Shown in pieces: positions 1-10,163 of a stretch of 64,000 nucleotides of DNA. The number at the start of each line of letters is the position of its first letter. The stretch's first letter is position 1. This DNA is from Myxococcota bacterium (GTDB taxonomy: Bacteria > Myxococcota_A > Polyangia > Nannocystales > Nannocystaceae), in NCBI GenBank assembly GCA_039194325.1, contig JBCCWC010000004.1:128001-192000 (forward strand). The letters are read 5' to 3'. The notes beneath the pieces were generated by a model. It was not told the origin of the DNA, did no database searches, and saw nothing but the letters and a program-made list of their open reading frames with translations. The position numbers and the translations under genes are program-made.

Positions 1-1
1 G

Positions 2-109
2 AACGATTGGCGGTACCGGGTCGCCGAGTGGTTCGTGACCAGCTCTGACGAACAGCTCGAGCGTCCCTTCGGCGAGGTCGCCCGCGAGCTCGGCCTCGAG
101 CTCGCGTAA
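2..109 (+). CDS. 3' end of a CDS entering the window (…NDWRYRVAEWFVTSSDEQLERPFGEVARELGLELA*), product unknown
   Basis: Open frame with GC-rich third positions ending at TAA 107-109, convergent with the lipid operon. Confidence 0.6.
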   Translation, partial: NDWRYRVAEWFVTSSDEQLERPFGEVARELGLELA

Positions 110-139
110 CGACGATAGCCACCTGGTCTCCGCCTGGCC

Positions 140-1852
140 TCACCCCTGCTCGAGCGTCCGCACCGCGTCGTCCCGTGCTCGCTCCTTGAGCACCTCGGCC
201 AGCACGCCGCGCTTTACCTTCTGCGAGGCCGTGGCGGGAAACTCCTCGCCCTGCACCACGAAGCCCGAGAGCCGCTTGAAGTCGGGCAGCCGCCGGTTGC
301 GCTCGCGTAGCTGCTCGAAGCACTCGTCGCTGGGCCAGTCCCCCTCGGGGCGCAGCACGATGAGCAGCTGCTCCCCGGTCATCGCCCCCCGCGGCCAGAT
401 GTAGTCGGCCGCGAACACGCAGAACTCCTCGATCCCGGGCAGATCCTCGAAGTACGACTCGATGTCCTCGGGGTAGATGTTCTTGCCCCCCTCGGTGACG
501 ATCATGTTCTTGGCCCGACCCACCAGCGTCAGGTGCCCGCTGATGTCCATCGAGCCCAGATCGCCGGTGCGCAGCCAGCTGTCCACCAGCGCCTGCTCGG
601 TCAGCTCGGGTGCGTCGAGGTAGCCCTTCATCACCGTGGGCCCTCGGACCCACACCTCACCCACGCCGGCCTCGTTGGCGTCGCGGATCTCCACCTCCAC
701 CCCAGGCACCGCCTTGCCCACCGTGTCGCCGCGGAAGGGCTTGAGGTCGTTGACGGTGATCACCGTGCTCGCCTCGGTGAGCCCGTAGCCGATCGCCACG
801 GGCAGGCCCAGGTCGTAGAAGAACTCGGCGAGCTTGCGGTCGACGAAGGTGCCCCCCGCGAAGATGAACTTGAGCTTGCCCCCGAGCGACTCGTGAATCG
901 GCCGCAGCAGCGTGCTCGACAGCCGGTGGTTGGGCTCCTTGGCGGTGGCCAGCTCGTTGACCCGACGCAGCCCGTCGATCGCCTGCCGCTGCCAGTCGGG
1001 GAGCTCGTCGAGCCGCTCGCGGATCCGCTTCTCGAGGTTCTTGAGGATCGTGGGCACCAAGGCAATGTGGGTGATCCCGTACTTCTTCATCGTCGCCCGC
1101 ACGAACTGCGGCCGCAGGGTTCGCTGGTGCACGATCCCCCCGCCCATCAATAGCGGCACGATGAAGCCCACCATGAAGTCGATCGCGTGGTTGGTGGGGA
1201 GCACCGAGAAGAAGCGCTCGTCCTCGGCCAACGGGTAGAGGTTGCCCAGCACCTCGGCCTGCGCCAGGTAGTTGCCGTGGGTGAGCATGCAGCCCTTGGG
1301 TGTGCCCGAGGTGCCCGAGGAGTAGACGATGCACGCCACGTCCTCGCGCGCGCGCTCGCGGTAGCGGAAGGGCCCCTGCGGTTCCTGCTCCCAGCGCCGC
1401 GCCGGCCCCAGCTCCGCCCCCTCGGGCGCCTCGGTCACCAGCACCAGGGTACGCTCGAGCGACGCCCCCTGTTCGCGCTGCATCTTCACCCAGGTGCTGT
1501 ACTCGGTCACCAGCACTCGCGGCTGGCAGTGGGCCAAGAGCTCCAGCTGCTCGCGCGCGGTGAGCTTGTAGTCGATGGGGATCAGCACCGCCCCCGCCCA
1601 AAAGGCCCCCAGCCCGCTGAAGATCCACTTGGACTGGTTTTGCATGACGACAGCGCAGCGATCGCCGGCCTCGAAGCCCTGCTCCTGCACCAGCGCCGCA
1701 AAGCGCTCCGCCTCGCGGCGCAGCTCTCGGTAGGTCCAGCGGCCGTTCTCGCGGTGCCGCTCGGCCTCGATGAGGGCCTCGTTGGTCTTGAAGGTCACGG
1801 TGGCGTCGCGGATCGCTTCGCCCACCGATTGGATGCGAGAAAGATGGAGCAT
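140..1852 (-). CDS. AMP-binding adenylate-forming enzyme (long-chain acyl-CoA/acyl-ACP synthetase-like)
   Basis: Motifs IVYSSGTSGTPKG, IGYGLTEA, WLRTGD, GRAKNMIV; ATG overlaps the ACP stop codon. Confidence 0.92.
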   Translation of the reverse strand: MLHLSRIQSVGEAIRDATVTFKTNEALIEAERHRENGRWTYRELRREAERFAALVQEQGFEAGDRCAVVMQNQSKWIFSGLGAFWAGAVLIPIDYKLTAREQLELLAHCQPRVLVTEYSTWVKMQREQGASLERTLVLVTEAPEGAELGPARRWEQEPQGPFRYRERAREDVACIVYSSGTSGTPKGCMLTHGNYLAQAEVLGNLYPLAEDERFFSVLPTNHAIDFMVGFIVPLLMGGGIVHQRTLRPQFVRATMKKYGITHIALVPTILKNLEKRIRERLDELPDWQRQAIDGLRRVNELATAKEPNHRLSSTLLRPIHESLGGKLKFIFAGGTFVDRKLAEFFYDLGLPVAIGYGLTEASTVITVNDLKPFRGDTVGKAVPGVEVEIRDANEAGVGEVWVRGPTVMKGYLDAPELTEQALVDSWLRTGDLGSMDISGHLTLVGRAKNMIVTEGGKNIYPEDIESYFEDLPGIEEFCVFAADYIWPRGAMTGEQLLIVLRPEGDWPSDECFEQLRERNRRLPDFKRLSGFVVQGEEFPATASQKVKRGVLAEVLKERARDDAVRTLEQG

Positions 1853-2085
1853 CAGCGCCTCTTGTCGATCACTTCGGCGAGCCCGCCGAAGGTCTTGACC
1901 CCCTGGAGCTCGTAGTCGGGGATCTCCACGTCGAACTCGAGCTCGAGCTCGGACATCAGCTCGGCCGCCGCAAAGCTGTCGATGCCGAGCGTGTCGAAGA
2001 TGTCGCCTTCGGGTTTGATGGTGCCGGCATCTACCGCGTACTTCTTGGCGGCCAGCGTGGTCATTCGATCGAGGACGTCACTCAT
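1852..2085 (-). CDS. Acyl carrier protein
   Basis: 77 aa acidic protein with the LGIDSF phosphopantetheine-site motif and EFDVEIPD. Confidence 0.92.
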   Translation of the reverse strand: MSDVLDRMTTLAAKKYAVDAGTIKPEGDIFDTLGIDSFAAAELMSELELEFDVEIPDYELQGVKTFGGLAEVIDKRR

Positions 2086-2100
2086 GATCGTGGTCTCCGC

Positions 2101-2877
2101 TCAGGGCAAGTACGGCCGCGGATCGTCGCTCTCGACGAACTTCTTGAGGGCCAGCTTGAGGACGGGGCGCTGCGCGAGTCGGATGAAGTGCTCTTTTTCC
2201 TGGGCCAGCTCCTCGACGGGCAGCGGCTTCATGAAGCGCTTGCAGGTGCGGGCCGCCTCGCGGTCGAACTTGGTGGCCTGACGCGCGGTGGCCCAGGCCG
2301 CCCGCAGGCCCTCGCCGGTAGGGACGACCTGGCTGACCATCCCCACCGTCTGCGCCTTCTTGGCGTTGATGCTGCGGCCGGTGAGCAGCAGATCGCGCAC
2401 CACCGCGTTGCTCACGTCGCGCCGCAGCCGAGGGATCCCGCCAAAGCCGGGGATGATGCCCAGCCGCAGCTCCGGGAAGCCAAAGCGGGCGCTGCGCTCG
2501 GCGATGAGGATGTCGCAGGTCAGCGCCAGCTCGAAGCCTCCACCGAAGCAGATCCCGTGGATCAGCCCGATCGTGGTCAGCGGCAGCATGTCCAGGCGAT
2601 TCATCACCGCGTGGATCCGGTCGATGAACTCGCGGATCCCCTGCTCGTGCTCGGACTCGGGTCGATCGCGCAGCCCATTGTAGAGCTCGCGCAGGTCGGC
2701 CCCGGCCGAGAACCCGCCACGTACCGTGCTGCGGATGATGAGCGCGTGCGCCGACTCGGTGTCGACCTGATCGAGGAAGCGCTCGAGATCCGCGAGCATG
2801 GCGGTGCCGATCTCATTGCACGGCTCCACCCCGAGCCGCAGCTCGTAGACCCCCTCGGTGAGTGCCCACTCGATCAT
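2101..2877 (-). CDS. Enoyl-CoA hydratase/isomerase (crotonase family)
   Basis: FSAGADL, GGGFELAL, FPELRLGIIPGFGG; start MIEWAL at 2877 forms an ATGA overlap with the upstream stop. Confidence 0.9.
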   Translation of the reverse strand: MIEWALTEGVYELRLGVEPCNEIGTAMLADLERFLDQVDTESAHALIIRSTVRGGFSAGADLRELYNGLRDRPESEHEQGIREFIDRIHAVMNRLDMLPLTTIGLIHGICFGGGFELALTCDILIAERSARFGFPELRLGIIPGFGGIPRLRRDVSNAVVRDLLLTGRSINAKKAQTVGMVSQVVPTGEGLRAAWATARQATKFDREAARTCKRFMKPLPVEELAQEKEHFIRLAQRPVLKLALKKFVESDDPRPYLP

Positions 2878-4733
2878 AATTTCTTGGCCGAGGCCGGCTC
2901 GGGATGCTCGGCTGTGTTGGCTGAGGCCGGCTCGGGATGCGCGACTTCGTCGCGCCCGGCCTCGGTCTTGTCTTGGGGGTTTGGCTCGGACTCGGGCTTG
3001 GATTGCGTCTTGGCTTTGGCTTTGGGCTTTTGCTTGGCCGCTTGGGCGTAGAGCTCGTCGATCTGTGATTCGAAGTGCTTCTCGATCACGCGGCGGCGTA
3101 GCTTTTGGTTGGCGGTGAGCAGCCCGTTCTCCACGGTGAACAGCTCGTCGGCCCGCAGCGCGGCCCGGATCCGCTTGTAGTGCGGCAGGGTCTCGTTGAC
3201 CACCGCCATCGCCCGGTCGATGTCCGCCTGCGGCGGCTGCCCGGTGACGATGATCGCCACGTGCGCCCGCCCGTACCCGATCAGCATGCACTGCTCGGCC
3301 GCGGGACACTGGGCCATGAACTTCTCCTCGATGGGCTCGGGCGAGATGTTGTGCCCCGACTCGGGGATGATGAGGTTCTTGATCCGCCCGATGACCCGCA
3401 GGTTGCCGCCGGCCTCGTACTCGACCTGATCGCCGGTGTGAAACCACCCGTCGACGATCGCCTGCTCGGTCTCCTCGGGCTTGCGCCAGTACCCCGCGAA
3501 GATGTTCGGGCCCTTGACCAGCAGCTCCCCCTCGTCGGACACCCGCAGCGTTTGCCCCTCGAGCGGCAGCCCCACCTTGCCCGCCTCGACCATGTCGGGA
3601 TCGTCGAGCGAGACGATCCCGGTGGTCTCCGTGAGCCCATAGGCCTGGTAGACCGGGATCCCCAGCATCTGGAACCATCGCTGGGTATCGGCCGACAGCG
3701 GAGCCGAGCCCGAGATCAAGAACTCGAGGTTCACCCCGATCTGCTCCTTGATCTTGGGAAACACCACCCGGCGCCCCAGCCCGAGCGCCATCGAGTCCAG
3801 CAAGCTCGACTCCCCGGCCAGGCTCCGCTGATAGGCGGCCTGCGCCCGCTGGTAGATCGCCAGCGCCGCGCCCCCGCGCTCTTCGAGCTTGGCCCCCACC
3901 CCGTTGCGGATCCGCTCGAGCACCGCAGGCACGTTGAGGTAGTAGTTGGGCTTGGCCACCGCCATCTCCACCACGAGGTTGGTGAGATCGGTGGACATCA
4001 TCAGCGGGTTGGGCCGCGATAGCTGCGTCCACAGCATCATCCTCGACGCCGCAAAGCAAAACGGAAGGTAGTGGAACACTCGGTCGGTGCCCGGCCGCTC
4101 GCCCACCACCCGACCGATCCGCGCGATCGTCTTGGGGATCATGTAGTCGACGTTGGCCCGCGAGAGCATCACGCCCTTGGGCTCGCCGCTGGTCCCCGAG
4201 GTGTAGATGATCGCGACCGTGTCGTCCTCGCCCCGCGGGTGCAGCCCCCGGGTCGTAGGCGCGGGCGAGAAGAGCGACTCGAGGTCGAGCACGGCGCAGC
4301 CCACCGCCTCCGCCCGCTGCTTGAGCGTGGCCCCCTCGGACAGCTCGGGTCGCTCGGGCAAGCCCTGCACCCAGGCCTCGATGACCGGAGCGGCCAGCTC
4401 ACGACTCGCCGCGATGAGCAGCCGCGGCTGTGCGCTGCGCATCATCACCGCGAGCTCCCGCGGATCCTGCCGGTCATAGAGCGGCACCACGATGCCGCCC
4501 GACGCCAAGATCGCCAGATCGGCCGCCACCCAGCGGGTGGAGTTGGGGGCCAGCAGCGCCACCCGATCGCCCGGCTCGACGCCCGCCTGCTCGATCGACA
4601 CGCGAGCCCGACCCACCAGCTCGAGGATCCCGGCGCCGTCGGTCCCCTGTAGCGAGGTGCCCCGAACCTCCACGAGCTTGGCCCGCTCGGGGTGCTCCTT
4701 GAGGTTGTCGAAGATCCGCTCGAGGAAGTTCAC
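2874..4733 (-). CDS. AMP-dependent long-chain acyl-CoA synthetase-like protein with a low-complexity C-terminal tail
   Basis: IIYTSGTSGEPKG, QAYGLTET, WFHTGD, GRIKNLII; GTG start at 4733 overlaps the upstream TGA (GTGA); tail contains HPEPASA twice. Confidence 0.9.
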   Translation of the reverse strand: MNFLERIFDNLKEHPERAKLVEVRGTSLQGTDGAGILELVGRARVSIEQAGVEPGDRVALLAPNSTRWVAADLAILASGGIVVPLYDRQDPRELAVMMRSAQPRLLIAASRELAAPVIEAWVQGLPERPELSEGATLKQRAEAVGCAVLDLESLFSPAPTTRGLHPRGEDDTVAIIYTSGTSGEPKGVMLSRANVDYMIPKTIARIGRVVGERPGTDRVFHYLPFCFAASRMMLWTQLSRPNPLMMSTDLTNLVVEMAVAKPNYYLNVPAVLERIRNGVGAKLEERGGAALAIYQRAQAAYQRSLAGESSLLDSMALGLGRRVVFPKIKEQIGVNLEFLISGSAPLSADTQRWFQMLGIPVYQAYGLTETTGIVSLDDPDMVEAGKVGLPLEGQTLRVSDEGELLVKGPNIFAGYWRKPEETEQAIVDGWFHTGDQVEYEAGGNLRVIGRIKNLIIPESGHNISPEPIEEKFMAQCPAAEQCMLIGYGRAHVAIIVTGQPPQADIDRAMAVVNETLPHYKRIRAALRADELFTVENGLLTANQKLRRRVIEKHFESQIDELYAQAAKQKPKAKAKTQSKPESEPNPQDKTEAGRDEVAHPEPASANTAEHPEPASAKKL

Positions 4734-6214
4734 GCGTACTTCTCCATCAACCCCCGCAGCTGCGGGGACAGCGAGGGCAGGTGCGCCTCCCAGGTGCGCG
4801 GTAGATCCCGGCGCGGGAACTCGGGATAGACCCGACACACCTCGTCCATGAAGTCGATGCCCATCTGCCCCATCAGCGCGAGCTGCTGGGGGATCACCCG
4901 GCCGATCTCCTCGGAGATCTGCTCGGCCTCCGCCTCCAGGCGCTCCAGGATCTTCAGCACCTTGTCGCCCAGATCCTCCTCGTCGACCTCCAGGAACAGC
5001 TCGGGATGACCCCGGTCGTTCATCAGGTTCCGGATCCGCTCGTCCATGGTCACCCCCGCCGAAGGCACCAGCCCGGGCATGGAGGTCACGATCGCGTGGA
5101 AGCGCGAGCTGACCATGTACGAGCAGTTCCGCAGCACGGACACCAGCTGGAACATGTCGTACTCGTCGCTGATGAAGCAGGGCGCCTCGGTCTCCAAGCG
5201 AGCGGCGACCGCCTCGCAGGCGAGGCGATCGACCCGCTCCATGCCCACCATGATGGGGAACACGTCCCGATCCCGACAGAACTGCCGCACGGCAAAGGCC
5301 AGGCCGTCGATGTAGCGGTCGTACTTCTCGTCGGCCTCGGGCGAGCTGTGGTGGAAGTAGATCGAGCGGTAGTGCTCCTGCCGGAACTGCCCCGCCAAGG
5401 TCTTGGCGGCCGCCTTGCCCAGATCGGGCTTGACCGGCCACCAAAACGGATTGATCGGGCACAGCACGAGGATCTTCTTCTCACCGTCCCAGCCGCGAGC
5501 CCGCAAAAGCTGCGCCCCCTCGGCCAGCGGCGCGGGCTCGAAGGTCCACGCGGTGTCGGTGCCGCCCGTGGTGCGAATGGCCAGCCGCCCCAGCACGTCA
5601 CGAGAGGGCTCGTTGCGGCACTGGATCAGCGCGCTGGCGCAGTGCCGCTTGACGAAATCCCGCAGCGCCGGCGACATCGCCCCCGCCTCGGCCCCGTAGC
5701 CCACCGCCAGCTTGTGCTCGGCCGCGGCCATCCCCAGCGCCCCGGCCATCATGGCCGAGAGCGCCGAGGCGAACTTGCTCTTGAACATCGAGCCCTCGCA
5801 CGAGACCACCCCGTGGTGCTTGGGGCACTCGTCGAAGAGGAACTTGGGAAAGACCACGGGCAGGGTCACCTGCCGCACGGTGCGGAAGTAGCCGGCGGTG
5901 CGCTGCTTGTCGATCGACATGATCGTCAGCTCGAGCTCGTCGTCGCCGACCACGTGCCGAAACTGCCGGATCATCTCTTCTACTCGCACGTCGGCCCCCG
6001 TGTTGCGGGTGCCCACGTAGCCGGCGAGCAGCAGCTTGAGCGGCTTGCCCGGGGCCCAGGTCTCTTGCCCCACGTCGAGGGCCCGCTTGACGGCGGCGGC
6101 CTCGACAAAGCCGTTCATCACCTCCATGAGCACGCGATCGGGCTCGAGCGCGTCGCCCAGGCGACCCAGGATCCCCGTCTTGAACAGAGAGCCGCTCTTG
6201 AACAAGCTCACCAT
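4730..6214 (-). CDS. Polysaccharide pyruvyl transferase family (CsaB/WcaK-like) protein
   Basis: N-terminal LAGYVGTRNTGAD, internal CRNEPS and GTDTAW, and VSSRFHAIV (RxH) motifs; start MVSLFK at 6214. Confidence 0.75.
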   Translation of the reverse strand: MVSLFKSGSLFKTGILGRLGDALEPDRVLMEVMNGFVEAAAVKRALDVGQETWAPGKPLKLLLAGYVGTRNTGADVRVEEMIRQFRHVVGDDELELTIMSIDKQRTAGYFRTVRQVTLPVVFPKFLFDECPKHHGVVSCEGSMFKSKFASALSAMMAGALGMAAAEHKLAVGYGAEAGAMSPALRDFVKRHCASALIQCRNEPSRDVLGRLAIRTTGGTDTAWTFEPAPLAEGAQLLRARGWDGEKKILVLCPINPFWWPVKPDLGKAAAKTLAGQFRQEHYRSIYFHHSSPEADEKYDRYIDGLAFAVRQFCRDRDVFPIMVGMERVDRLACEAVAARLETEAPCFISDEYDMFQLVSVLRNCSYMVSSRFHAIVTSMPGLVPSAGVTMDERIRNLMNDRGHPELFLEVDEEDLGDKVLKILERLEAEAEQISEEIGRVIPQQLALMGQMGIDFMDEVCRVYPEFPRRDLPRTWEAHLPSLSPQLRGLMEKYA

Positions 6215-6218
6215 GGTC

Positions 6219-7373
6219 TCAGGCCACCTTCCCGAGCCGGGCCTCGGCGTCCTGCGGCCAGCGGCGGTAGGGGTACGAGAAGCGCTCGCCGACCGCGAAG
6301 CGCAGCAGGGAGTAGGCATACTCGGGGAAGGGCCGCGGCCGCTCTCCGCCGAGCTCTTGGGCGATCCGATCGTTGCTGAACACGGTGTTGTAGGTGAGGT
6401 ACGGCCAAAACACCTTCATCAACGAAGCGGCGGGCGCGATGCCGTACTTGCGCGGGGTGCTCATCGCGGCCTCGACCCCGGCCGTGAACGCCCGCCCCAG
6501 CCGCGGCACGAACACCGCCATGGGCTTGTGCCCCTGTTGTCGCAGCCCCTGCATCACCTCGCGGTAGCTCGGCGAGGCCTCGCCGGCGGAGAGGTTGTAG
6601 GCGTCGTAGCGGGGCTGGTCGGCCATGTGCACCTTGACGATCCCCCGCGCCACGTAGTCGGCCGGGCAGATGTCCATGCGCCACGCCGCGTCGAGCGGGA
6701 CCACCCGCATATAGGCCAGCGCCGCAAAGGCACGCACCATGTCGAACTGGGTGGTCTCGGGGAAGCGGCTGTCGCCGAGCACGGTGCTGGGGCGGAAGAT
6801 CGTGCGCGGCACGTCGGGGAGCAGCTCGTGCACCATGTGCTCGCAGAACTTCTTGGTCCGCGCGTAGGGATCGTAGTCGCTGCGCGCCCAGTCGATCGCG
6901 GCGTCCTCGTAGACCACCTCGTCCTGGCGATGGCCGGCCACCGCCACCGTCGACACGTCGGAGAAGCGGCGCAGGCCGTGGTGATCGGCCGCCGCGCGGG
7001 CGATCTTGACGATCTCCAGGGTCCCCCGCAGGTTGACGTTGAAGCAGGCCTTGGCCGACTTGCGGTTGAGCGAGGCGGCCACGTGCAGCACGCTGTCGGT
7101 CGACTTGATGAGCCGATCGCGATCCTCCGGAGACAGACCCAGCCCCGGCGCGGTCAGATCCCCGCGGTAGATGTCGATGCGGGAGAGGTACCGCGCGAAG
7201 CGGTCGAAATCGGGCTGGTGCAGCTGAAGCGACTTCCAAAGCCGCTGGCGAGCCTCGTCGTCGCTGCGCGCCCGCACCAGCGCCGCCAGCCGCAGGTCGG
7301 GCCAGCCCTCCAGCAAGCCGTGGGCCACGTAGGAGCCGATATAGCCGGTGATCCCGGTCAGCAAGAGCGCCAT
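6219..7373 (-). CDS. Extended SDR / thioester-reductase-like (NAD_binding_4) oxidoreductase
   Basis: [11 protein letters not shown]ossmann motif, HVAA, VST, YARTK (YxxxK), FRPSTVLG. Confidence 0.88.
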   Translation of the reverse strand: MALLLTGITGYIGSYVAHGLLEGWPDLRLAALVRARSDDEARQRLWKSLQLHQPDFDRFARYLSRIDIYRGDLTAPGLGLSPEDRDRLIKSTDSVLHVAASLNRKSAKACFNVNLRGTLEIVKIARAAADHHGLRRFSDVSTVAVAGHRQDEVVYEDAAIDWARSDYDPYARTKKFCEHMVHELLPDVPRTIFRPSTVLGDSRFPETTQFDMVRAFAALAYMRVVPLDAAWRMDICPADYVARGIVKVHMADQPRYDAYNLSAGEASPSYREVMQGLRQQGHKPMAVFVPRLGRAFTAGVEAAMSTPRKYGIAPAASLMKVFWPYLTYNTVFSNDRIAQELGGERPRPFPEYAYSLLRFAVGERFSYPYRRWPQDAEARLGKVA

Positions 7374-7374
7374 G

Positions 7375-9048
7375 TCAGCCGGTCTCCTTTTCGGCCTCGC
7401 GGGGCAACCCCGGCTGCAAGCAGAAGGGCACGGCCGGCTCGTAGAGCTCCTTGGGCTTGTTCTCGTAGGTCGGGAAGCACCAGCGCCTCAGCCCCGGCAT
7501 GTGAACCTCGAGCCAGTAGCGGCGCCAGCTGATCGACTCGGGCTCAAAGCGAAACTCGGGCTCCGCGATCGCGAAGCGATCGAGCGCCCGACATTCGAAC
7601 ACGAAGTAGTGGTCGTGGGTGAAGGGCTGGAACAACTCGAGCACATCCTCGATCTGCCGCAGGCGCCGGGTGGTGTTGTCGGTCTCCTGGGCGAGCCTGT
7701 CGGCCGACTCCTGGAGCTCGGAGGGGATCTTTCGGGGCATCCCGTGCTTGAGGTAGCGAGACAACTGGGTGAGCACGCCGCGGACGTTGCCGAGGTTGAG
7801 CACGTGGTCGGGATCGGCCGCGAGCGCGTCCCACCGGGCCAGCACCACCTTGTGGATCGCGTTCTCACCGTGCTTGCGCAGCCACTGCCGGTGACCGAGC
7901 GCGGACAGCTCGGTCAGCCGGTCGATCGGCATCTCGTTCCGATCGGAGGTCCCGCACTGGTAAACCTGCGCGTGCTCACCCCGCAGCAGCGCCGCCCCGG
8001 CGATGATCATCGCCTTGCAGATCATGTCGACCGGGATCACGTCCAGCGGGTTGCCGGGCATGGCTGGAATGTGCCGAAACCAGGTCTTGGCCAGGTAGAC
8101 CAGCGGCCCCGTGGTGTTGAAGCCCTCGTTCCACCCGGGAAAGGGGAACTCGACCGAGCTCTCGACGATGGCGGGCCGGAAGATCGCGAAGTCGAGACGA
8201 TCCTGGCGATCGACCAGCAAGTACTCGGCCAACGCCTTGGTGTACGTATAGGTGTTGGGCCAGCTCAGCGCCTTGGCGCGATCGGTCCCCGCCTGGATCA
8301 TGGTCTCGCGCAAGCGCTTGCGCTTGAGCCGGCGGACCATGTCGCGGATCCGCCGCTCGCTGGGCTCGACCCCGCGGGCCTGGAGTCGCTTGATCACGTC
8401 GCGGTGCAGCTGCGCGTCGACCTCGGGCGAGGCGTTGTCGGCCTCGGTCTGTGCCATGATCTCCTGCAGCTTGGCCAGCTCGGCCTTCGCGTCCATCGGC
8501 TCCCCACCCGGCGTATGCGGTAAGACCCGCTCGGGGATGAAGCCGTCGCGCTGCCCCGCCACGTAGCAGGTGGATACATGGATCAGGCGCGTTCGCTTGC
8601 AGCGCTCCACGAAGTCGGCCACGTGAACCGCCCCGAGCACGTTGGTCTCGTAGGCATCACGAAGATCGGGGTTGAAGTCGACCAAGCCGGCCACGTTGAT
8701 CACCAGATCGACGCAGCCGTGCAGACGAGCGGCGACCTCGGGCTCGAGGCCCAGGTCCGGGTGACTGACGTCGCCCGCCACAACCTCGACCCGGCGCGAG
8801 ATGTACTCGCTCAGCTCCGCCCCATACTTCTCGTGCAGCGGGGCAAAGACGAAGCCCTCGTTGACGATCTGCTCGAAGCGCGCCGCGACGCCCTCGCCCT
8901 TGTCCCGCAGCAGCATGTAGATCCGCCCCACGTCGGGGATCCGCTGCAGGATCATCGCCAGGCACACCTTGCCCACGAAGCCCGAGCCGCCCACCAGCAA
9001 GATGTGGCGGCCCTCGTAAGTCTCTCGGATCGATACCGGCTCCCCCAC
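7375..9048 (-). CDS. Fatty acyl-CoA/ACP reductase (male-sterility-type, alcohol-forming FAR-like)
   Basis: [55 protein letters not shown] start at 9048 follows a GAGAGGA RBS. Confidence 0.88.
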   Translation of the reverse strand: MGEPVSIRETYEGRHILLVGGSGFVGKVCLAMILQRIPDVGRIYMLLRDKGEGVAARFEQIVNEGFVFAPLHEKYGAELSEYISRRVEVVAGDVSHPDLGLEPEVAARLHGCVDLVINVAGLVDFNPDLRDAYETNVLGAVHVADFVERCKRTRLIHVSTCYVAGQRDGFIPERVLPHTPGGEPMDAKAELAKLQEIMAQTEADNASPEVDAQLHRDVIKRLQARGVEPSERRIRDMVRRLKRKRLRETMIQAGTDRAKALSWPNTYTYTKALAEYLLVDRQDRLDFAIFRPAIVESSVEFPFPGWNEGFNTTGPLVYLAKTWFRHIPAMPGNPLDVIPVDMICKAMIIAGAALLRGEHAQVYQCGTSDRNEMPIDRLTELSALGHRQWLRKHGENAIHKVVLARWDALAADPDHVLNLGNVRGVLTQLSRYLKHGMPRKIPSELQESADRLAQETDNTTRRLRQIEDVLELFQPFTHDHYFVFECRALDRFAIAEPEFRFEPESISWRRYWLEVHMPGLRRWCFPTYENKPKELYEPAVPFCLQPGLPREAEKETG

Positions 9049-9065
9049 GCTGACGATCCTCTCTT

Positions 9066-9746
9066 CTAGGCCGAGTAGTCGACCACGGGCCAGTCGGCCT
9101 CGCGGGCAGCCTTGCGAAGGGTGAAATCGGGGTTGACCACGCAAGGCTGGCCCACCGCCGATAGCAACAGCAAGTCGGGACCATGCCCGGCATAGGCGAT
9201 CGACCGGCTCAGATCGATCTCGTGCTCGGCCGCGTAGGCCTGCACCCAGCGACCCCCCTCGTAGCCCCCGATCACCGGGTCGAGCAGCTTGCCGGTGGCC
9301 TTGGCCTTCTTGTACTCGAGGCGGTTGCACACGAGGTGGTCGACCCCCCGGAAGTACTTGTCGACCGCGCGCTCCATGATCTCGGAGATCCCCTCGGAGA
9401 GCACCACCACCCGGTGACCGGCGGCGCGGGCCTTCTTGAGCAGCTCTTGCCCGCTGTCGAGGACCCAGTCCCCGAGCATGTCGTCCACGTACTCCTCGGC
9501 GAGCACGTGGATCCGATCTTCGGTCATGTCCCGGTAGGCCAGGTGCGCCACCCGGTTGCCCAGGCTGCGGTCGTTCTGGCCCAGCAGACCGAAGACCGGG
9601 GCGGCCAGCACCGCCTGACCAAAGCGTAGGGTCCGCTCGCGTAATCCCGCTCGCTGAGCGGCCATCCAGGTGGCGGCGTGTACCACCCCACGCGAGATGA
9701 GGACCCCCTCTGCACGAAAGAATGCCGCGGTGCTCTTGTCACTCAT
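9066..9746 (-). CDS. HAD-IB (SerB-like) fold protein with degenerate catalytic motifs
   Basis: Overall HAD-IB pattern (AAFF…, GHRVVVLS, NRLE…ATG, DLLLLSAVGQP..VNPD..L…A…WP), but motif I reads FFRAEG and motif IV reads YAGHGPD. Confidence 0.8.
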   Translation of the reverse strand: MSDKSTAAFFRAEGVLISRGVVHAATWMAAQRAGLRERTLRFGQAVLAAPVFGLLGQNDRSLGNRVAHLAYRDMTEDRIHVLAEEYVDDMLGDWVLDSGQELLKKARAAGHRVVVLSEGISEIMERAVDKYFRGVDHLVCNRLEYKKAKATGKLLDPVIGGYEGGRWVQAYAAEHEIDLSRSIAYAGHGPDLLLLSAVGQPCVVNPDFTLRKAAREADWPVVDYSA

Positions 9747-10163
9747 GGACGTCGTCCCCCGTGGTTTGCCCACCCACCGATGCCCCACGGGGCCGTCGGC
9801 GATTTCGCCGTGCTGCCGGGCCAATGGGGCTTCCGAAGCTGACTGACCGCTCGGAAGGCAACGGGCGAACGGCGGCAGTCTACCCACCTGCACCCCTTTG
9901 GCAATGGAGCCGTGACATTCGATCCGAGGCCCCGACCCCTCGTGGGAGCTATGCTCAACTGTCTACAATTGCATGCGTTTCACTTTTGTATCGGGCCACC
10001 TCCACTCGAGTCGTCGCGGCCCAAAGAGCAAAACTCACTTCGGATCGGAGTCCGCTGGTTGTGCGCAACCCGATCGCCATTGGGTGTGCACTAGGCTGCG
10101 CGGTGGGCACTGCGGATCACGCCGTGAAGCTCGCACCACGACCGGCCCGCCTCCCGCACCGCC

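Noticed and set aside
2878..4059. N-terminal extension of the crotonase ORF (652 aa in the track)
   Set aside because: It overlaps the acyl ligase in another frame; the likely start is ATG 2877, with an ATGA overlap.
4734..5462. N-terminal extension of the 862-aa acyl ligase ORF
   Set aside because: It overlaps the pyruvyl-transferase-like gene; GTG 4733 gives a GTGA coupling.
140..9746. Calling the operon elbA-E or a PKS/NRPS
   Set aside because: No multidomain ElbD, no acyltransferase, and no ketosynthase or condensation domain; the similarity is only at component level.
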